Source: Eledone cirrhosa
Lineage: Eukaryota
NCBI GenBank assembly: GCA_964016885.1
Contig: OZ024752.1
Coordinates: forward strand, 1,426,001-1,490,000
Direction: 5' to 3'
DNA: 64,000 nt
Part shown: positions 14,880 through 27,772 of the stretch, one piece after another
How the letters are laid out: each line of letters starts with the position of its first letter
How positions within the stretch are numbered: the stretch's first letter is position 1
Made by a program: the position numbers and the translations under genes
The notes under the pieces: generated by a model
The model's database searches: none
Told to the model about the DNA's origin: nothing
What the model saw: the letters and a program-made list of their open reading frames with translations, nothing else

Positions 14880-15531
14880 ATTGAAATGTAAAGAGAGATA
14901 TATGGTGGAGTAATAGGAACAACACCGAAACACGTAGGAGACACATATTTACAAAATAGTGATTGAGAAGGGCTTCGATTATGCTGTAGTAACTTTTGTA
15001 TTATTATCTCCTAGACTTAATGATTAATTGATTAATTTAATTAGACAATTCTATGGATTGGTTAATTGTTTATGTTTGTTTAATAACATCTTGTTGAGAG
15101 CTTTGTTCAAATTTTGAATTCGGCCTTCGGGAAAACCACGTGATTACTGGTCGTGTTTACTGCTAATATTCACAACCGTAGTGGACTAGAACGAAAATTT
15201 GTTGACGAAGTAAATTCCACTGTTCTATCTTCCCAAACCAATAACTTGCAGGCCTCTGCAAGTGGATTTTGTTGATGTCGGTTTTACAGAAACCTAGCGG
15301 AGATATTATCAACGCGAGGGTCCAGGCTTGTCATATTTTCCTGAGTCAGTTATTTTCGTTGCTTTGGTCACTGCGGCTCGCTTATCGGTCGCTGTCTTCA
15401 ATTTACAAAGCTGTCTAAACATAATGTTATAACTATAAGGTAATATACCTTATTGAGTACTTAGCTGCACATCCCGATTCTATTCGTTAGCTTAGCTGCA
15501 GCCAGAGCTTCGATTATGCTGTACTAACTTT

Positions 15532-15535
<4 letters not shown>
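14880..15535 (+). mobile_element. PLE pseudo-LTR-like partial tandem with degenerate HHR 3' half
   Basis: ~33-bp direct repeat gcttcgattatgctgta.taacttttgtat at ~14972 and ~15507. GGTG..CACC-GAAA-CACG-TA at 14904-14936. Ends in (TA)n. A related inverted copy lies at ~26690-26745. Confidence 0.45.
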
Positions 15536-15618
<83 letters not shown>

Positions 15619-15674
15619 CGAAAGAACTTAGATAAACTATATATATGTGTTTGTGTCTATATTGTATCTGTATG

Positions 15675-15830
15675 TTTTACCGTTGGTCAGTCAATGGCAA
15701 CATTGAGGACCGAATAAATTAGATTACCGATATAAAAGACACTGAAGCGAAAAGCAAAAACCAACCAAACAGTGAGTGTGTTCTGTTATTAATTCTGGCA
15801 ATATTACACAAATATGACCCTCCACAAGCA

Positions 15831-15836
<6 letters not shown>
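15675..15836 (+). repeat. Short dispersed repeat between (TA)n tracts (family also at 61420-61560 and 61730-61895)
   Basis: Shared accaaacagtgagtg...ttctggcaat...atatgaccctcc. Confidence 0.75.
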
Positions 15837-15870
<34 letters not shown>

Positions 15871-15872
<2 letters not shown>

Positions 15873-15997
15873 TTTATCCCGGGTTCAATCGGGGGGTAAC
15901 CACAATAGGGTTCACAATACAAAGCAGAGTATAACTATCTAATATAGAAAATGCTTCTACAGGATTATAACTATTTCGTTCGGGAGAAATATTACTC
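15871..15997 (-). mobile_element. Truncated copy of the HHR-bearing mini-element seen at 26487-26624
   Basis: Shared ccgggtt.aatcgg.ggtaaccaca...agcagagtataac...ttctacagga. Retains GAAA-TAG..CTG-TA (HHR 3' half). Flanked by (TA)n. Confidence 0.75.
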
Positions 15998-16107
15998 TAT
16001 ATATATAGCAATATTAATAAATGTGAAAACTAAAATCCGAAGAGAGCTCCATAAGGATTATATATATAAACATATATAAAACCATAGAGCAAATATTTAT
16101 TAATATT

Positions 16108-16215
16108 AACAGATTAAAGTTTAAGCAAAGAATTGCTGCTTTCACCCTTAAGGGGATCTTCAGGAGACCCGTTAAGGGTGAAAGCAGCGATTTTTGCTTA
16201 AACTTTAATATGTTA
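16108..16215. repeat. Fold-back inverted repeat carrying an HHR core on the minus strand
   Basis: Arms ~16116-16150 and ~16172-16206. Minus strand reads CTGAAGA-tCCCcttaaGGGt-GAAA-GCA..TGC-TT. Confidence 0.7.
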
Positions 16216-17758
16216 TATATATATAGATGTGCTTGTGTGTGCGTGCGTGATTGTGTATGTCCTGGTGTCTATTGTGCGTTTGTGTGAATGTGTATGCTTA
16301 TATGATAAATTTTCAATTGATTTCTCGAACGAAAATAATAACATCATACCGACTGAAAGCGAACCCAAAACATTGCCTTGGATTCACCTCTTCTATTCCC
16401 AACCCACACATCTTCTTTAGTTCTTTTGCTGAACGCTAAGAAGGTATTATCTGTGTTCCTATTCCAGAGCCTCAGACATGTTAAACTCTTATATGTTGGT
16501 GTATTTTGTCTACGAAGAAGATAACTATGAGAGAAAGATTAATGAGAATGTGACTCAGAGACAGAACAGATCAATTGATCTGATAATGAGGGAAACGAGA
16601 AAAGTGAGAGATAGTTTGGATTGACGTTGTTAGTTTATATCTTAATGGCGTCCCACCAATGACTGCCGGTATTTAACCATTAATCTTTATCATCCCATAA
16701 ATCACCAACTAGCCACCTCTTCTGATTAGTGTTTTCATTTTTTTTCCTCTAGCATCTCAACAAATATCACTATTTCGCTGCTTATTTTGTCTTACCGACC
16801 TCCAATCCGCTGCTAGATGTCGTTTATCTTGTCCGTTTTGGGGGAAATATAAGTTATCTGGCTAGACCCGTCTAACAGGCATGGTTCTCATTGCTATATA
16901 TCTCAACATTGAGATCTATATCTAACTCTCTGAATATATATCATAATGTCTAATATATAATCACCGCTTTTACAAAGAACATTGAGCCAATAACGGAAAC
17001 ACTATGAGGCTGTCAGTTTTGCTTGAAAGAAAAGAAACAACCTCAAATGTCTGTATATATCCCAAAACCTGAATGACATATTGAACAATATAATCTCCTA
17101 TACAAAACAACATGATTATTCACTACTTGAATGCCTTTCGATTAGTGATCCTGTTGGTCAGGAATGAAGTTTAGCTAAACAGCATCACAACTACATTGAA
17201 TATTCATCAAAACGACTCAAATCTATTCATATTAAGCTAACAATATTGCGATAAAAATTGTAGAGTCGTCTTCCTTTATATAAATATATCACACACAGCT
17301 AATATTTAATTGATATCACTACCTACGTGAAGATAATACAAAAACGAAATATTTGACATGCAAAATATAAAGAGAAATAAAGTGGAATACCGTGTATGGA
17401 GTTAACCTGACTGTATCACTTCTTAGTTATGACTATCTAACCGTTAACTGATCACAACTATCCAAAACAACAGCAAGTGTAATCTTGCAGAATAAATACA
17501 TCAATTCTAACGATTTGCACTAGAGTGAGAAGGAAATATCTTCTAAAAAAGAATAATAATAATAAAGCAAACCAAACATTATACCTTATTCCAATGTAAG
17601 TAACCATGAGCCCAACGTCAGAAAAATAATAACAAATCACGTTCGAATAACATCAGTAAAAGAACAACTAATATTTCAAGGTTTACTACAACAAGCCGAA
17701 AAAACACCCTTCGGGTGGTTTTTCTGCTGGCATGTGTAGTGACCATATTGATAATGTA

Positions 17759-17826
<68 letters not shown>

Positions 17827-18162
17827 TGATACATCAAATGAAATCGTAATTGACAATATGCACAGAAATCAAACGAAGTCTACGTTACACTTTCTTCTGT
17901 AATCAGTAAAGTAATCCATGATACATTAAAAAAGACGATATTATATATAAACTCCATTTGAAGAAAATTCGCGACGGAAATATATGAACGTTTATATAAG
18001 CGATGTAATGAATATTATAAAATAACGGGCGCTAACCGGAGGTGCTGACATTTGAAAGTTTTAAAGAAGTGATTCTTATAAATAAGCAATATAATCATTT
18101 ATATTTAATCAAGAGTTACACAATTTAGTACATAAACCATGTAATATTCATTCATTATTTAT

Positions 18163-18566
18163 TGGCAGTATTCAGGTGGATTGGCAGTATTCAGGTGGAT
18201 TGGCAGTATCGGTAGAGGGTCGGACGCCATGCTTTGACGCATAGAGTTACGGCCCTTGCCATTCTGAGTTCAAATCGCACCGAGGTTAACTTTGCCTTTC
18301 ATCCTTACGGGGTCGATAAAATAAAGTACCAGTAATACACTGGGTAATTGATGGCCTTGTGCCTAATGTAGAAATAATTATTTATTGGCAGTATCGGTAG
18401 AGAGTCGGACGCCATGCTTTCCAGCATAGTTACGTCCCTTTACGGTCTGAGTTCAAATCCCGCCGAGGTTTACTTTGCCTTTCATCCTTACGGGGTCGAT
18501 AAAATAAAGTACCAACAATGCACTGGGTAATTGCTGGCCTTGTGCCTAAAGTAGAAACAATTATTT
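18163..18566 (+). mobile_element. Two tandem SINE family A copies with stuttered 5' head
   Basis: ttggcagtattcaggtgga repeated twice before the first head. Second head at ~18385. Confidence 0.92.
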
Positions 18567-19257
18567 ATTCAAAATAAACCAACTTATGTTACAAACGGGA
18601 TAAAAAAAATATATTCTGGACGCAGTCCCGCGCTCCTCCCTATATTATAGTTAAGATAACATAAAAGTAAAAATGCCATGTCATATATACCTATTACGTG
18701 ACATTAATATATTACCAATATACCACCAAGATGATTATTGGTAAACTGTCAATGATTACTACATCAGCGGTCATTGTTATTCTCTGAGTTATTAGAGAAA
18801 TCAATAGGTATGTAAAATTCCTAACATCAACATATTTAGCACGAGTTGGAATGAAACACCGGTGTTTTAGAAGACTCGTCATCCATTTGTTTTGTCAATG
18901 GAACAGCTTGATACTGAAATTAACATTGCCAACCTGAATAATTATTCCATACAGCGTTACACCTTAATGTGATTCTTAGAAGTATGTATTGTGACACAGT
19001 GGCTTGAGTCTATAAAACGGGTATACGAAGACGGTTTGTTTACTTAATCTTTGGCAAAATGTCAGGTTTAAACGCTGAATTCTGGCAAGGCAACAAGAAA
19101 ACAAATGCAACGTCGCCATCGCATATAATTGTACTACTCTCTCTCTCACGTGCACCCGTTTCACGTAAATACTTATATGGTAATTCATTTTCTGGACCTA
19201 TGAATACGGACACATTCACCCCAACATACATATATATACACGTACATACAGCACGCA

Positions 19258-19382
<125 letters not shown>

Positions 19383-19436
19383 ATGTATATATTTATATAT
19401 ATATATCTGTGTGTGTATGTGTGTATATATATATGA

Positions 19437-19652
19437 CAGTCGATTGACTTTCGTCTAATCGGAGAAAGGAAACAATGTTTCCGTTGGTCTTTCCAGTTGC
19501 TAATACTATCTATCAGTCGCAACTCCAGGTAGAAGGAGCAACGTGAAATAAAGTGTCTTGCTCAGGGACATAACGCATCGCCCGGTCTAGGAATAGAACT
19601 CACAACCTTACAATTGAGAGTTCAATACTCTTACAACTCAGCCACGCGCCTT
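19437..19652 (-). mobile_element. tRNA-derived CORE-type SINE (family B)
   Basis: Minus strand reads GGCGCGTGGCTGAG..GAGTTCTATTCC..TCCCTGAGCAAGACACTTTATTTCACGTTGC. Homologous to 45078-45410. Confidence 0.8.
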
Positions 19653-19671
19653 CATATATATATATATATAT

Positions 19672-19985
19672 GAAAATAGGGAAAAAAAGACGATTATTAG
19701 GAAGAAACATATGTTTTTTCCTTTTTTTTCTGGGATAGAAAATGTTTAAAACAAAATATTTTACTTTGTGTGAAGTGTTAAGGTATTAGTTAATTTATTT
19801 CTTAATTAAACATGGAATTTATTTATTTATTTATTTATATATTTAATAATTGTCTATTACCAGTTTCAGCATTTTATGCATTCTCAAAAGGGGGAATTTG
19901 TATTGGTTTAAAATGGTGGAGAGAAAATAATGTGATGTTGAACATGTTAAGGAAATGGAAAAGAAAGAATAATGTTATAATAAAT
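19672..19985 (-). mobile_element. PLE pLTR-like short element with degenerate minimal HHR
   Basis: Homologous to 28750-29166. Minus strand tTGAGAA-tGCAT..ATGC-t-GAAA-CTGG-TA-ATAGAC at ~19852-19890. TA-flanked. Confidence 0.65.
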
Positions 19986-20108
19986 AAGTATATATATATA
20001 TATATATATAGAAAGATTTGAATGGATACAGTTTAGTTGAAAGGAATTTATTGACACGTGTTTCTATAACAGTTACATAACCTAAAACAGCTATCTACAA
20101 ACTTTTAG

Positions 20109-20164
20109 TTATGCAGACATTCAATATTTCAATGTTATTATTTACTGTCATTTCATCAGAATAA
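20109..20164 (-). ncRNA. Candidate type I hammerhead ribozyme (helix I damaged)
   Basis: CTGATGA-AATG..CATT-GAAA-TAT(tga)ATG-TC with a GUC site. Confidence 0.5.
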
Positions 20165-20754
20165 TATTACTGAGGACCTATTTAGTTTTTATAGAGAATA
20201 TTAGGAGGGAGGGGTGAAGTTGTTAGAAGAATAGTTGAAGGAGTGGTTTTTCGATAGCAGTGAGAATTCTTGGTGGCAGTGAGTAATTAGATTCCCATCT
20301 GTTGTTTTGACATTTTTTATGGAATATATTATTGGTTATTTTTCTAAATCTATAGAAGGATTAGAGATAGTAAAGATATGCGTGGTTGGTTTTGTGTTTG
20401 CACTTAACATTCAGACTTAAATTTTTCTTTCAAGTGTACGTATTCTTTCACCCACGCATTCACACACAAATATATTTGCACACCTCTACAAAATACATAT
20501 ACTCACAATTCACATATTCATACTTACATATATATACACATGCATACACATATATATACACACATGTATTCATGTACATACATACGCGCTCATGTGTATA
20601 CATTTTCATACTCAACTTATCTTTATATATACACACGTATAGACACACACATATATACATACATACTCTAGTCCATGTGTACACACATACGCATACATAC
20701 ACATCCACATACACATACATACATACACATATATATATACATACATACATACAC

Positions 20755-20803
<49 letters not shown>

Positions 20804-20964
20804 CCCACACACACACATATACACATACACACATATATATATATATATATAAGCACTTTAATACATGAATACACTTACATCTAACTATACACATCAAACA
20901 TATATATATATTTACTTATTTATATACATTTTCACATATATATACATACTTATGGACGTTTTTA

Positions 20965-21010
20965 GACACATTCATTATCGCATATTTGTACCTATTCTCA
21001 TCAGCATATC
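20965..21010 (-). ncRNA. Degenerate hammerhead downstream of Penelope ORF
   Basis: GATATG-CTGATGA-GaATA..TATGC-GATA(for GAAA)..TGTGTC, about 110 nt past the ORF stop. Confidence 0.3.
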
Positions 21011-21120
21011 TTTTCATTATTAGTATGGTAATTTAAGGTTATTAATATATGTTGAGAAGAGATTGTTTTTATATTTTTCTAACTAGATTAAGGTTTATAT
21101 AGTTGGGGGATGTCCCTCTT

Positions 21121-22077
21121 TTATGTAATATTCGGCTTGTAGTGGGAAAAAAGGGTTTTAGTTCTGTGACGGCAGAATAATGTTCGTTCAATTCTGTTAT
21201 TCAGCAGTTTCTTCTTGTGTGTGATTATGTAATAAATCTCAAGATTACACAATTTGCAGAAATTTTGGCTCCTGGAAAAGCTTTGGGTTTTAGCTAATTT
21301 TTCCCATTTTAGGGTAAACTTTTGATTGCTATCCCTGAGCGTCCAAGCTTTTTCTGCTAAAGTTGTTACATTTCTTTGGCTCTGGTGTTTTATTGAGTAA
21401 GAATGCCTATACAATCGAGATTTAAACGATGTTGCCGTTGATCCCACGTAATACCACTCGTTGCCTCCGGATTTAATGGTACACTTATAAATAATATTTT
21501 TTTCCAGGCAGTTATTGCCGAGGGGGCAGTTGTCAGGATAGGTGCAGTTACAGTTGTGTACGTTGGGTTTTCTCTGGAGTAGTATTGCGGACGAACTTAG
21601 GTGTGGTTTATTTATGTTCTGTAGTGTATTGTCTACTGTTTTTTTGGGGTTCTTTGTACTTAAGTTCTTAGTGTTTTCGTTTAACCTTCTAGTATTGATC
21701 TTTTTTATGTGTTGTTCAAGGTTTAACGCTGTAGAGTATGACAGTCTTATAGTGGTAGGGTTTAGGATTTTGTGGTATTTGTGTGATGTGGGAAAATGTC
21801 TTTTAATTATTTTAAAGAAGAGTACTGGTAAATTTGTACTAATGGAGCTATTGTATTCGGGGTTATACCATAAGTACTCTTTGCATCGCTTTCTATTAGT
21901 TTTGTTTGTTGGTTTACTGGTGTGCATACTATGGTAGTAAGTGTGGTTTGGTGTTGTGTTATTATATCTACCTATGTGGGATTTATTTTGGGTGTTTTGA
22001 TTGTTCCCATCTATGTACTCTATTTTGTTGAGGTAGTATATATTAGGGTAAACATTGATGCAATTCAATTCAACCAC
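21121..22077 (-). mobile_element. Penelope-like element C-terminus (GIY-YIG endonuclease)
   Basis: CNC..NCPL..NC, IIYKC, YYVGST, FKSRLYRH and CKLCNLE motifs. The RT domain is absent (5'-truncated). Confidence 0.88.
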
Positions 22078-22115
22078 TCAACGTACTTTTTCCACATAGG
22101 AGTGACGGAGTAAAT

Positions 22116-22157
<42 letters not shown>

Positions 22158-23900
22158 AAAGAGTGAGAGAGTGACTTATATATATATATATTTGTCTGTA
22201 TGTATATATATATAAATGTGTGTATATATTTTATGTATACTTTTAAATCTTAGCGTCTGTTAACGGTGCCCTGGTCCAGACAACAGCCATGTCAACCTTA
22301 TTTAACCTTTATTCTCTATTTTAAATTAAGATTTCATCAGAATCTTAGGCGAAAATACGAAAATCTCGCCGAATGGAGAGTGATTCCTGCCCTTTGCCCT
22401 TTAAGTTTCACTCTTATCTGTAAATCGAAACGTTTCTCTTTATCTCACTCACTCTACATATATATTTGTTTGTTTGTGTATGTGTATGTGTGTCTGTGTG
22501 TGTGTGCGCGTGCACCTGCGTGTGTTTGTGTCTGGGAAATTATGTTATTTCAATAAAATGGTATGCCACTTTAATTCGTTTATTTGCGTATTGCATTGCA
22601 CAGCTGTTTTTGCAATTAGTATAATTATGTATATGTTACAACGGTAATGAAGCTCTAGTTAAAACGTCTCTTTATGGGATAGTTAGACATAAATATACAT
22701 AGAAAGACGAAAGAATAAAAGGACGTGGCGAAAGAACTATGCTGGCCTAGTCTGCCTGACGAAAGTGAAGAAGAATTCATTCATTGGGTGTTTACATTGT
22801 TAACTCGATTGGAATGAGCGGTTCAGTGAAGATGTCAGTTATATGACAGTAACAATTTCTAATTTGATTAGAAGTTTATTGATATATGACGACGCCACAC
22901 TTCTTCGAAAGCAAATCAAAATATAGCACATTGCTATATACTGTCTAGTTGGCTGCTATAAATACCATCCTCGATGCATCATGGACGAGGTGAATAAATT
23001 AGTGTGTAAAAACCATTAAAATATTAAATCTGAAATGAGATATTTAATTCATAATGTTGCACAGAAAAATTAACAAAATCATATTTATTTCATAATTAAT
23101 GAGACCATTCTAACCCTATATTTTAATATTTTAATACACATTAATGTAAACGTCTGTGTTATGCTTAATAAAATTACAGAGTTTAAAAAATGATTATGAT
23201 GTGATAGTAAAATAGAAGATTGACCTTATCAATCCAACAATTATGATAGACGTGATAATCATGATAAAAGGAGGGATAAGATTTCAATAAAGCAATAATT
23301 TAATAACAATTAGAAGGCCCTAAATCATAATAGCTCTACATATTTAAAAAAGAAATTGGATACACTACACGTACCCCTTTTCGACAAGGTATAAGATTAA
23401 AAATATTGGAATTTTCTTTGATGTAGAAACTCGATTATATTTTAACATGCAAGAAATATATGTTTTATAAAAAAATTAAAAGCGTAGTAAATACTTTTTT
23501 CCATAAAGATATTAAGGAATCGTAAATATTTTTCCTGTAAATAATTTGTTTCGATTAAATCTTATCAAAATGGGCCAGGTTGTACATGACAAACATCTTA
23601 CATGATAATGATTTGGAGGGGTTAATTATTATCAAAAATTACTGTTTAACGAATATTAAAGCTTGCACAGTGTCTATTATTAATGTTATAATCGTGATGA
23701 GATGACAGGAGGCCAAATGAGTGCTTTTCTCATATTACGTTACGGTTAACATTGCAGAATGACCAATTCTAAATTCTACCCAGTGGTAAACCACCAAATT
23801 TAAACATATATAGATATATATTTGCAAATCTCAAATTCATTTTATGTAATTGAATTCAACCTAACGATAATAGAATAAATATCGTGTATAATCATACACA

Positions 23901-23951
<51 letters not shown>

Positions 23952-23955
23952 AATA

Positions 23956-24052
<97 letters not shown>

Positions 24053-24059
24053 GTAATCA

Positions 24060-24400
24060 TGCTGCATAATTTTGTTCGACGCAAGACCTCTGTACGACTG
24101 AGTCTTTCCTATTCCACGCCACAGGCAATCGTTTCGCTTTCAATATACAGGAAAACGCATTTTCTCCATCTTTTAGATACATTCTTCGGCGATCCAATGC
24201 TATATTTAAGCAACAATGGTTTGAACCGAGAAGAAAGACTCGCATGACCTCGTCTATATATTTGGTATGAGACATTGCCTTTAGATTGATAAATGAATTA
24301 GTTTTGACCGGAATGAATGATGGTGCTGGATAATGTCCAAACAAGAACGATACCTCCTTCACCACAAAGAATTTCCACAAATCTACCCCCCACACAGATT
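24060..24400 (-). pseudogene. Possible decayed Tc1/mariner transposase fragment
   Basis: VWG and YIDEV-like remnants only. Confidence 0.2.
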
Positions 24401-24649
24401 ATTTCTCAGTAACCAATTTTATATCTTTATGACTTATTCATTTCTTCGCTACAATTTACAAATCACTACCATAATAATAATAATTATTATTTTCGCCTAT
24501 ATCTAACTAATTCTAGGCCGATTTACTTCCTTATAATATATACTACAATCGCAATTATACGGACACATAACATGCACACACACACACACACAATCGCACA
24601 TACACATTCACACACACACATACATAGCTACCCATATATCCATCATCGT

Positions 24650-25380
24650 CTCGTCATCATCATCACAGTTTACCTCCGTTTTTCTATGCTTATATGTGTT
24701 CGACTGGATCCTTCCAGCACAGCATCACTCCAAACTTCTCTGTTCTACGTTATCTCCTCTGTGAGATTCAGTGATTTTAGATCAGCTCCCACCAACTCTG
24801 CCCCAGTTTTCATTTGTCTCCCTCTACAGCATCTCTTTTTCAATGTGATTACCTGGCATTTATTTTCCCAACACCCATTATCAATACGCATCACACGACC
24901 ATACCGGAACATCCCCCCCCCCTGCACACTACGTTTAATTCCGCTTAAATAAAGCGTCACTTTCAGTTCATATATTGTTTGTCTTTCACATATAATAGCA
25001 TTGCATTTCAGTGTTAGCTTCAATTTTCTCCATGTTTCGCAATTCGCCCACATTCACTATCCATTTCTTAATACCATGCAAGATCGCACTTCATTCGCAC
25101 GCATTATACAGCGAAGCGTTCGTAGAGAGAATCATTTTGCTGTCAACCCAGGCAGCAGCTCTCATATTTTTCTATCCGGATTTTACTCTAGTGTTTATAC
25201 TCATGTTGCAGCCTCCACTCCCACTAAGTTTACCATCTAGGTAACATAATCTATCAATATTCGTTGGATTGGAAAACATTTATTTTGTGCTATCTCTACT
25301 ACAAATCTCTGTAAATCTGTCACATACAAAGTTTACTTTTCTTGTTAGTCTGCGTACTATAACCCCGTACCTCATTTGTA
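24650..25380 (-). mobile_element. Decayed RTE-type LINE 3' fragment
   Basis: ORF 24745-25053 has RYGRVMR...RGRQMKT...DLKSLNL, resembling the RLRWxGHVxR..GRP..W C-terminus. Confidence 0.6.
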
Positions 25381-26486
25381 CCCAGAATCTACATTGTTTA
25401 TGAAAAAATAAGATATAATGTGAGGTAAACCAATTTTAAATAAATCGAATATGGGAACATGGTTTTATGTTTTTTATTAAATATAATTTTATATTATATA
25501 ATTACTTAACTATCAACTAGAATTCTCCACAATTAGAATTTGTTCAACGTCCATAAAAAAAGTACTTCTTCATACAAATCAGCTTTAACTATTTTGGGCA
25601 CGAATGTTTAAATAATAATTTCAGTACTGGCATAATAACACATATTTTTAGAAGAAATATGTTGTGGATTCTGTGATTAGTGTTACATATTTGACTACAG
25701 TATAGAAGATAAATTTCAGAAAAGAGTACGCTATCTTCAGAAAGGCCAAAATTTATGCTGTGCACTAATTATAATTTAATTTATATGTTATAGTAATTAT
25801 ATTGATTTCGTAACTGGAAACAGTTTTTCAACCAAAATGAAATTAGTTAGTCTACACTTTCCTAAGTAAAGATGTATCAATCTTTCAATTTCACAATACT
25901 ACGAAATGACAGTGAAATTGAATGGAAAGAAATTAAACATAATTATTGATATTTTCGATATAACATCTTATATAATGATTCGTTCATAAATAACAGACAT
26001 TTGAATCAGTATCTTATAGTAAACGCTCTCTCTCACTTTCTCTTCCCCCCCGCTCTCTCCTCGCCCCTCCCCTCTCTCACTCTCTCTCTCTCTCTCTCGA
26101 CGTGTTTAATTCTTTCTCATCAATATTAATCATTTTAGGCGAAATGCAACTAAATAGATACTAATGACAAAACTTGTTAATTAAATTCTTAACAAAAGCG
26201 TAATTTTTCATCGTCTTTTTTGCTCTCACTGTCACAATTAGCTATCTTCTTCTTTCACTCCCATTATCAGCAGTATTATCCATGTCCTGCAGTAAAGAAA
26301 GTAAAATATAGTTATTCCGTACTTTATGAAATATCGAATTTTATACATGAGTTTCAGATTTTGAAAAACCCATTGTTTTGATAACAAAAACACACACATG
26401 TACACACACACACACACATTCACACCACACACACATGCACATACACATGTACACACACTTACACACACAAATATATATATATTTAT

Positions 26487-26624
26487 ATACGTTATTCCGG
26501 GTTGAATCGGAGGTAACCACAGTAAGTAAGGTACTCAATACATAGCAGAGTATAACAGTTTTAATATAGATGAGATTCTACAGGACTAGAACTGTTTCAT
26601 TCATTTGAAATCATCAGGAATCCC
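26487..26624 (-). mobile_element. ~138-bp non-coding mini-element in (TA)n carrying a complete hammerhead
   Basis: TA-flanked on both sides. Second copy at 15871-15997. Confidence 0.75.
26572..26624 (-). ncRNA. Type I hammerhead ribozyme, complete
   Basis: GGGATTC-CTGATGA-tTTC(aaat)GAAt-GAAA-CAG(ttctagtc)CTG-TA^GAATCTC. 7-bp helix I, intact core, GUA site. Confidence 0.85.
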
Positions 26625-26640
26625 TATATATATTTATATA

Positions 26641-26693
<53 letters not shown>

Positions 26694-26875
26694 GAAAGTT
26701 TAGTAAAATCGAAGCTTCGGCGGTAGCCAAGCCAACGAGATACAATTAAGAATTGTGCTGCCAAACACTTAATGAGAAATCTTAGAATAATAACATTTGT
26801 TAGACGATATGACAAACTAAAAACTGTGGCAGGCAAGCCCAGCCACGACCCCGAAACAACGAGAAAACCAAGAGG

Positions 26876-26929
<54 letters not shown>

Positions 26930-26979
26930 TGAAACAACAACAGTAGGCCGGAGTGAAAATTTAATTTAGAATTTTAATT

Positions 26980-27032
26980 CCACGAAAGCACTATAAATAT
27001 TTCGATGACATAGACTTGTCATCCTAGTATGA
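26980..27032 (-). ncRNA. Degenerate hammerhead in a TA-flanked fragment
   Basis: CT-AGGA (1-nt deletion)-TGACA..TGTCA-tc-GAAA-TATTTA-TA. Confidence 0.35.
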
Positions 27033-27045
27033 TGCCTGAGTAGAC

Positions 27046-27087
<42 letters not shown>

Positions 27088-27126
27088 GCACACCTCACAC
27101 ACACACACACACATACACACACACAT

Positions 27127-27196
<70 letters not shown>

Positions 27197-27286
27197 AATA
27201 TATGTTGGTTGTATACCAACACCTAGTATGCAGACGGAGCACTCGACGGGGTGCGCAGGTTGGTTTGGTTACTCCGGAGTAATGTA

Positions 27287-27728
27287 AAATAAAATAAAAT
27301 AAATAAGTCAAATGTTTAAAATTTGGCTTCGTTTATTACTGCTATATATATATTTCGGTGACAGCCAACTTTGGAGAGAAGAGTAAACATGTTGTTGAGG
27401 GGTATAACTTTGTCAATACTCTGAATGCCCAGTTCCTGGTTGGGTTGTTATTTCACTGAGGAATAAGAGGGAGAAGACGCTGAAATTCGTTTGTTTAAAT
27501 TCATATGATTCCAGTTCCTCGGTGAAATAACATCCCAACCAGGAACTGGGCATATCTGAGTATGACTAAGGTATTTACCTCAACAACATGTGTACTCGTC
27601 TCTACCACACTAATTCGGACTACCTGAAGAGGTCACAGCCAAAGATGGCTGTCACCGAAATATATATAGCAGTAATAAACGAAGCCACATTTTAAACATT
27701 TGACATTTATTTTATTTTATTTTGTTTT
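27287..27728. mobile_element. ~440-bp imperfect palindromic element (inverted pLTR-like)
   Basis: Outer arms 27287-27373 and 27639-27728. Inner arms ~27378-27462 and ~27515-27603. Confidence 0.85.
27619..27673 (+). ncRNA. Minimal type I hammerhead with palindromic helix III
   Basis: ACTaC-CTGAAGA-GGTcACAGCCA(aaga)TGGCTGTcACC-GAAA-TATATA-TA^GCAGT. Confidence 0.78.
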
Positions 27729-27772
27729 AGATACCCCCCCCCCCCCCACACATATATATATATATATATATT

